In this document: in pieces, positions 61,053-64,000 of the stretch
Layout: each line of letters begins with the position of its first letter
Numbering within the stretch: position 1 is the stretch's first letter
Assembly (NCBI GenBank): GCA_045568475.1
Contig: JBJLAY010000028.1
Coordinates: 121 to 64,120, forward strand
From: Candidatus Poseidoniaceae archaeon
Lineage (GTDB): Archaea; Thermoplasmatota; Poseidoniia; Poseidoniales; Poseidoniaceae
Direction of reading: 5' to 3'
DNA length: 64,000 nucleotides
Made by a program: the position numbers and the translations under genes
Notes under the pieces: generated by a model
Seen by the model: only the letters and a program-made list of their open reading frames with translations
Told to the model about the DNA's origin: nothing
Databases searched by the model: none

Positions 61053-63362
61053 ATGGATGAGGACTGGCGGGAGCAAGCAATCAAAAAAGAAGCTCTTGAT
61101 TATCACGAAGCTACGCCTCGTGGCAAGATAAAAGTCATGCCTACAAAACCACATTCAACGGCCCATGAATTATCCCTTGCTTACTCTCCAGGAGTTGCTT
61201 ATCCTTGCTTAGAGATTGCAGAGAATCCCGATGATGCATATCGCTACACATCCAAGGGCAATTTGGTCGCTGTAATATCGAATGGCACAGCGGTTTTGGG
61301 CTTGGGAAATATCGGTGCTTTAGCATCTAAACCAGTTATGGAAGGCAAAGGTTTGCTTCTGAAAACATTTGCTGATATCGATGTATTCGACATTCAAATC
61401 GATACTGAAGATCCGGAAGAATTCATCAAAACCGTTTGCAATATTGCGCCCACCTTTGGAGGCATTAATTTAGAAGATATCAAAGCCCCTGAATGTTTTG
61501 AAATCGAGAGGAGAATTGCAGAAGCAACCAACATCCCAGTAATGCATGACGATCAGCACGGCACAGCGATTATTTCGGGAGCAGCATTACTCAATGCTGT
61601 AGAATTACAAGGCAAAAAATTGTCTGAGATAAAAGTTGTAGTTGCTGGAGCAGGAGCATCAGCAATTGCGTGTGCTTCCCACTATGTAGCATTAGGTGTA
61701 AATCGCAAAAACATACTGATGTGTGATTCTCAAGGAATTATGACTAAGAAGAGATTGGACGCTGGTGAATTGAATGAATTCAAGGCGCCATTTGCAGTTG
61801 ATTCTGAAGAAGGCAGTTTAGCAGATGCTCTTGTTGGAGCAGACGTGATGCTCGGGCTTTCAAAAGGCGGCCTTGTTAATGGAGAAATGGTGTCCAAAAT
61901 GGCAAGCAAACCAATCATTTTTGCTCTGGCGAACCCAACGCCCGAAATAATGCCACACGAAGTTTTGGCTGTCAGAGATGATGCAATTATAGCAACAGGG
62001 CGCTCCGACTTTTCTAATCAAGTGAACAACGTACTTGGATTCCCATACATTTTCAGAGGCGCCCTAGATGTTAGAGCGAGAGATATTACTCCTGGCATGA
62101 AGATGGCTGCAACCAAAGCATTGGCAGCATTAGCAAAAGAACCAGTTCCAGACTATATCTCACATGCCTATTCTGGAGAATCAATGCAATATGGTCCAGA
62201 TTATATCATTCCTAAACCGTTTGATAGAAGGGTACTGATTTGGGAAGCAGCAGACGTGGCCGAAGCCGCAGTCAATGAAGGAATTGCTGCAATTAAGCCA
62301 GAAGATTTCGACAAACAAGCATACAAAGAATCGCTGGAAGCTAGACTTGGAATGTCATATTCTGTAATGAGAGGAGTTTTCAATCAGGTAAAAGGTCGCA
62401 AAAAGAGAATCGTTTTCCCAGAAGGGGACAATGAAAAGGTCATCAGAGCAGCAGCACAGTGCGTTGAACAGGAGATCTGTGTTCCAATTCTATTAGGAAA
62501 CAAGGAAAATATTCACCAAACGATGTCAGAGTTGAATATTGAATTTGATTGTGAAATCACTAATCCAAGATATGACGAACGGAGAATTGGCAACTATGAT
62601 ATCCACTTACTACAAAACCGCAGTCGAAAAGGGATGACAGCATTAGATGCTCAAAGACTACTCAAAAGCAGACCATATTTCGCTGCCCAGATGGTTGAAA
62701 TTGGAGATGCAGATGGTTTCTTAGGAGGGGTGAGTAGAAATTATGCAGATGTTCTGAGGCCTTGTTTAGAAGTTATTGGAAGTGATGAGGATAGTCACTG
62801 TGCGATTGGTTGCTACATGATGGTTGTAAAGGGCCGGCTAATCTTCTTAGGAGATGCTACAGTAAACGTATATCCTGATAGCAAAACACTTGCAGATATT
62901 GCAGTTCAAACTGCAAAAGTGGCCCGGAGATTCGGAGTAGAACCCAAGGTTGCTATGTTGTCATTCTCAAATTTTGGTAGTAGCCGAGCGCAACGTTCTG
63001 AAAGAATAGAAGAGGCAATTGATATGGCAAGAGAGATGGACACTTCTCTAAGCATCGATGGTCCAATGCAGGCAGACACTGCTCTAGATGTCGACGTTCA
63101 ATCTGAATATCCATTCATGGCATTTGACGGGCCAGCTAACATTCTGATATGCCCGAATCTAGCATCAGCAAATATTGCTTACAAATTACTTGAACAGTTG
63201 GGGGATGCTGAGATGACAGGGCCTATTTTAGATGGGTTAGACAAACCTGTGCAGTTACTTGCACGAGCCGACGGAGTAAGGCACATTGTCAATATGGCTG
63301 CAATTTGCGCTCTTGATGCAATACGGAAAGAATCGTACTGGACTAGTCTTTCAAATGAATGA
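61053..63362 (+). CDS. maeB: NADP-dependent malic enzyme with PTA-like domain
   Basis: [34 protein letters not shown]-terminal [22 protein letters not shown]. Confidence 0.95.
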   Translation: MDEDWREQAIKKEALDYHEATPRGKIKVMPTKPHSTAHELSLAYSPGVAYPCLEIAENPDDAYRYTSKGNLVAVISNGTAVLGLGNIGALASKPVMEGKGLLLKTFADIDVFDIQIDTEDPEEFIKTVCNIAPTFGGINLEDIKAPECFEIERRIAEATNIPVMHDDQHGTAIISGAALLNAVELQGKKLSEIKVVVAGAGASAIACASHYVALGVNRKNILMCDSQGIMTKKRLDAGELNEFKAPFAVDSEEGSLADALVGADVMLGLSKGGLVNGEMVSKMASKPIIFALANPTPEIMPHEVLAVRDDAIIATGRSDFSNQVNNVLGFPYIFRGALDVRARDITPGMKMAATKALAALAKEPVPDYISHAYSGESMQYGPDYIIPKPFDRRVLIWEAADVAEAAVNEGIAAIKPEDFDKQAYKESLEARLGMSYSVMRGVFNQVKGRKKRIVFPEGDNEKVIRAAAQCVEQEICVPILLGNKENIHQTMSELNIEFDCEITNPRYDERRIGNYDIHLLQNRSRKGMTALDAQRLLKSRPYFAAQMVEIGDADGFLGGVSRNYADVLRPCLEVIGSDEDSHCAIGCYMMVVKGRLIFLGDATVNVYPDSKTLADIAVQTAKVARRFGVEPKVAMLSFSNFGSSRAQRSERIEEAIDMAREMDTSLSIDGPMQADTALDVDVQSEYPFMAFDGPANILICPNLASANIAYKLLEQLGDAEMTGPILDGLDKPVQLLARADGVRHIVNMAAICALDAIRKESYWTSLSNE

Positions 63363-63984
63363 TTTCACCTTCGGAGTCCAATGCCCAAGTCGGTCTTCTC
63401 GGCCTCCAGAATGCCCCGGTAACGAAACCAGCGCATAAGCCTCCGAACAGTAGATTTGCCCAACCATCGATGGCATAGGATCCAAATCCTCTGAGTATGG
63501 GAATCGTGAAACTAGGAATTATTCCCAGTATGGTAGTCCAAAACAACTCACTGCGGATATTCGTGGCTAGATTAGCATTATTTGGAACCCTCTTCACTTC
63601 ACTATCTCGTTTTGGAGATACTACCAATCTGAATCCAACTTTGGGTAATGGCCTATCTCCTGGCGTTATTACGCGTGCGTACACACCTGAGCGCGTAGGG
63701 TGCGCTGACTGAGATACACGATGTCCAGACAGCGGTCCATCGACTTCGTCTAACCGCGGCCTTCCGTCCAATGGAGCGCCCCGATGGTTGCCAGTTGCTT
63801 CATCAGCCAGCAACTCAGTCCATCCACAAGGTAGAGAAAGCATGTCCCTCGCAGCTTCCCATTCAGATTGAGAAGGTCTGCGTATATCATCATCAAAATG
63901 TTCTGAAAGCCTCGAACAGAGTTCAGCAACATCATCATGAGTAATCATATCTTTGAGATCTTCAGAACTATCTTCTTCTCCCAT
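63343..63984 (-). CDS. Hypothetical protein with two C-terminal TM helices
   Basis: 213-aa ORF convergent with maeB; hydrophobic C-terminal segments. Confidence 0.65.
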   Translation of the reverse strand: MGEEDSSEDLKDMITHDDVAELCSRLSEHFDDDIRRPSQSEWEAARDMLSLPCGWTELLADEATGNHRGAPLDGRPRLDEVDGPLSGHRVSQSAHPTRSGVYARVITPGDRPLPKVGFRLVVSPKRDSEVKRVPNNANLATNIRSELFWTTILGIIPSFTIPILRGFGSYAIDGWANLLFGGLCAGFVTGAFWRPRRPTWALDSEGEIIHLKD

Positions 63985-64000
63985 TATCTTTCCATATTGA

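Noticed and set aside
476..63938. Many 60-220 aa antisense or alternate-frame ORFs (e.g. 32139-32804, 4987-5505, 35027-35545)
   Set aside because: They lie within well-supported genes and have no recognisable motifs; treated as shadow ORFs

Overview
Gene-dense archaeal chromosomal segment with about 45 CDS and one tRNA-Arg(GCG). Archaeal markers (MCM, GatE, Trm1, Pth2, RaSEA, two PAC2 proteasome chaperones) occur with bacterial-type metabolic genes and very large acidic surface proteins. I infer Marine Group II Euryarchaeota (Ca. Poseidoniales); this was not verified by search. No CRISPR array, integrase or transposase was seen. Main observations: (1) a cbb3/CcoN-like heme-copper-oxidase scaffold that appears to have lost its metal-ligand histidines and is fused to two EF-hands and a SAP/HeH-like tail; (2) a near-canonical ORB origin-recognition box directly upstream of mcm, with no cdc6 in the window; (3) an operon of two reeler-like surface proteins with atypical Cys-x(n)-Cys-His motifs plus a DUF2231-like membrane protein; (4) an AddAB/AdnAB-like pair with 4-Cys motifs in both subunits; (5) a CbrT-like ECF S-component next to a propeller-DUF4430 fusion, suggesting B12 capture; (6) two related giant surface proteins. 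Family calls come from motif recognition only. Several starts were moved to the more plausible ATG.
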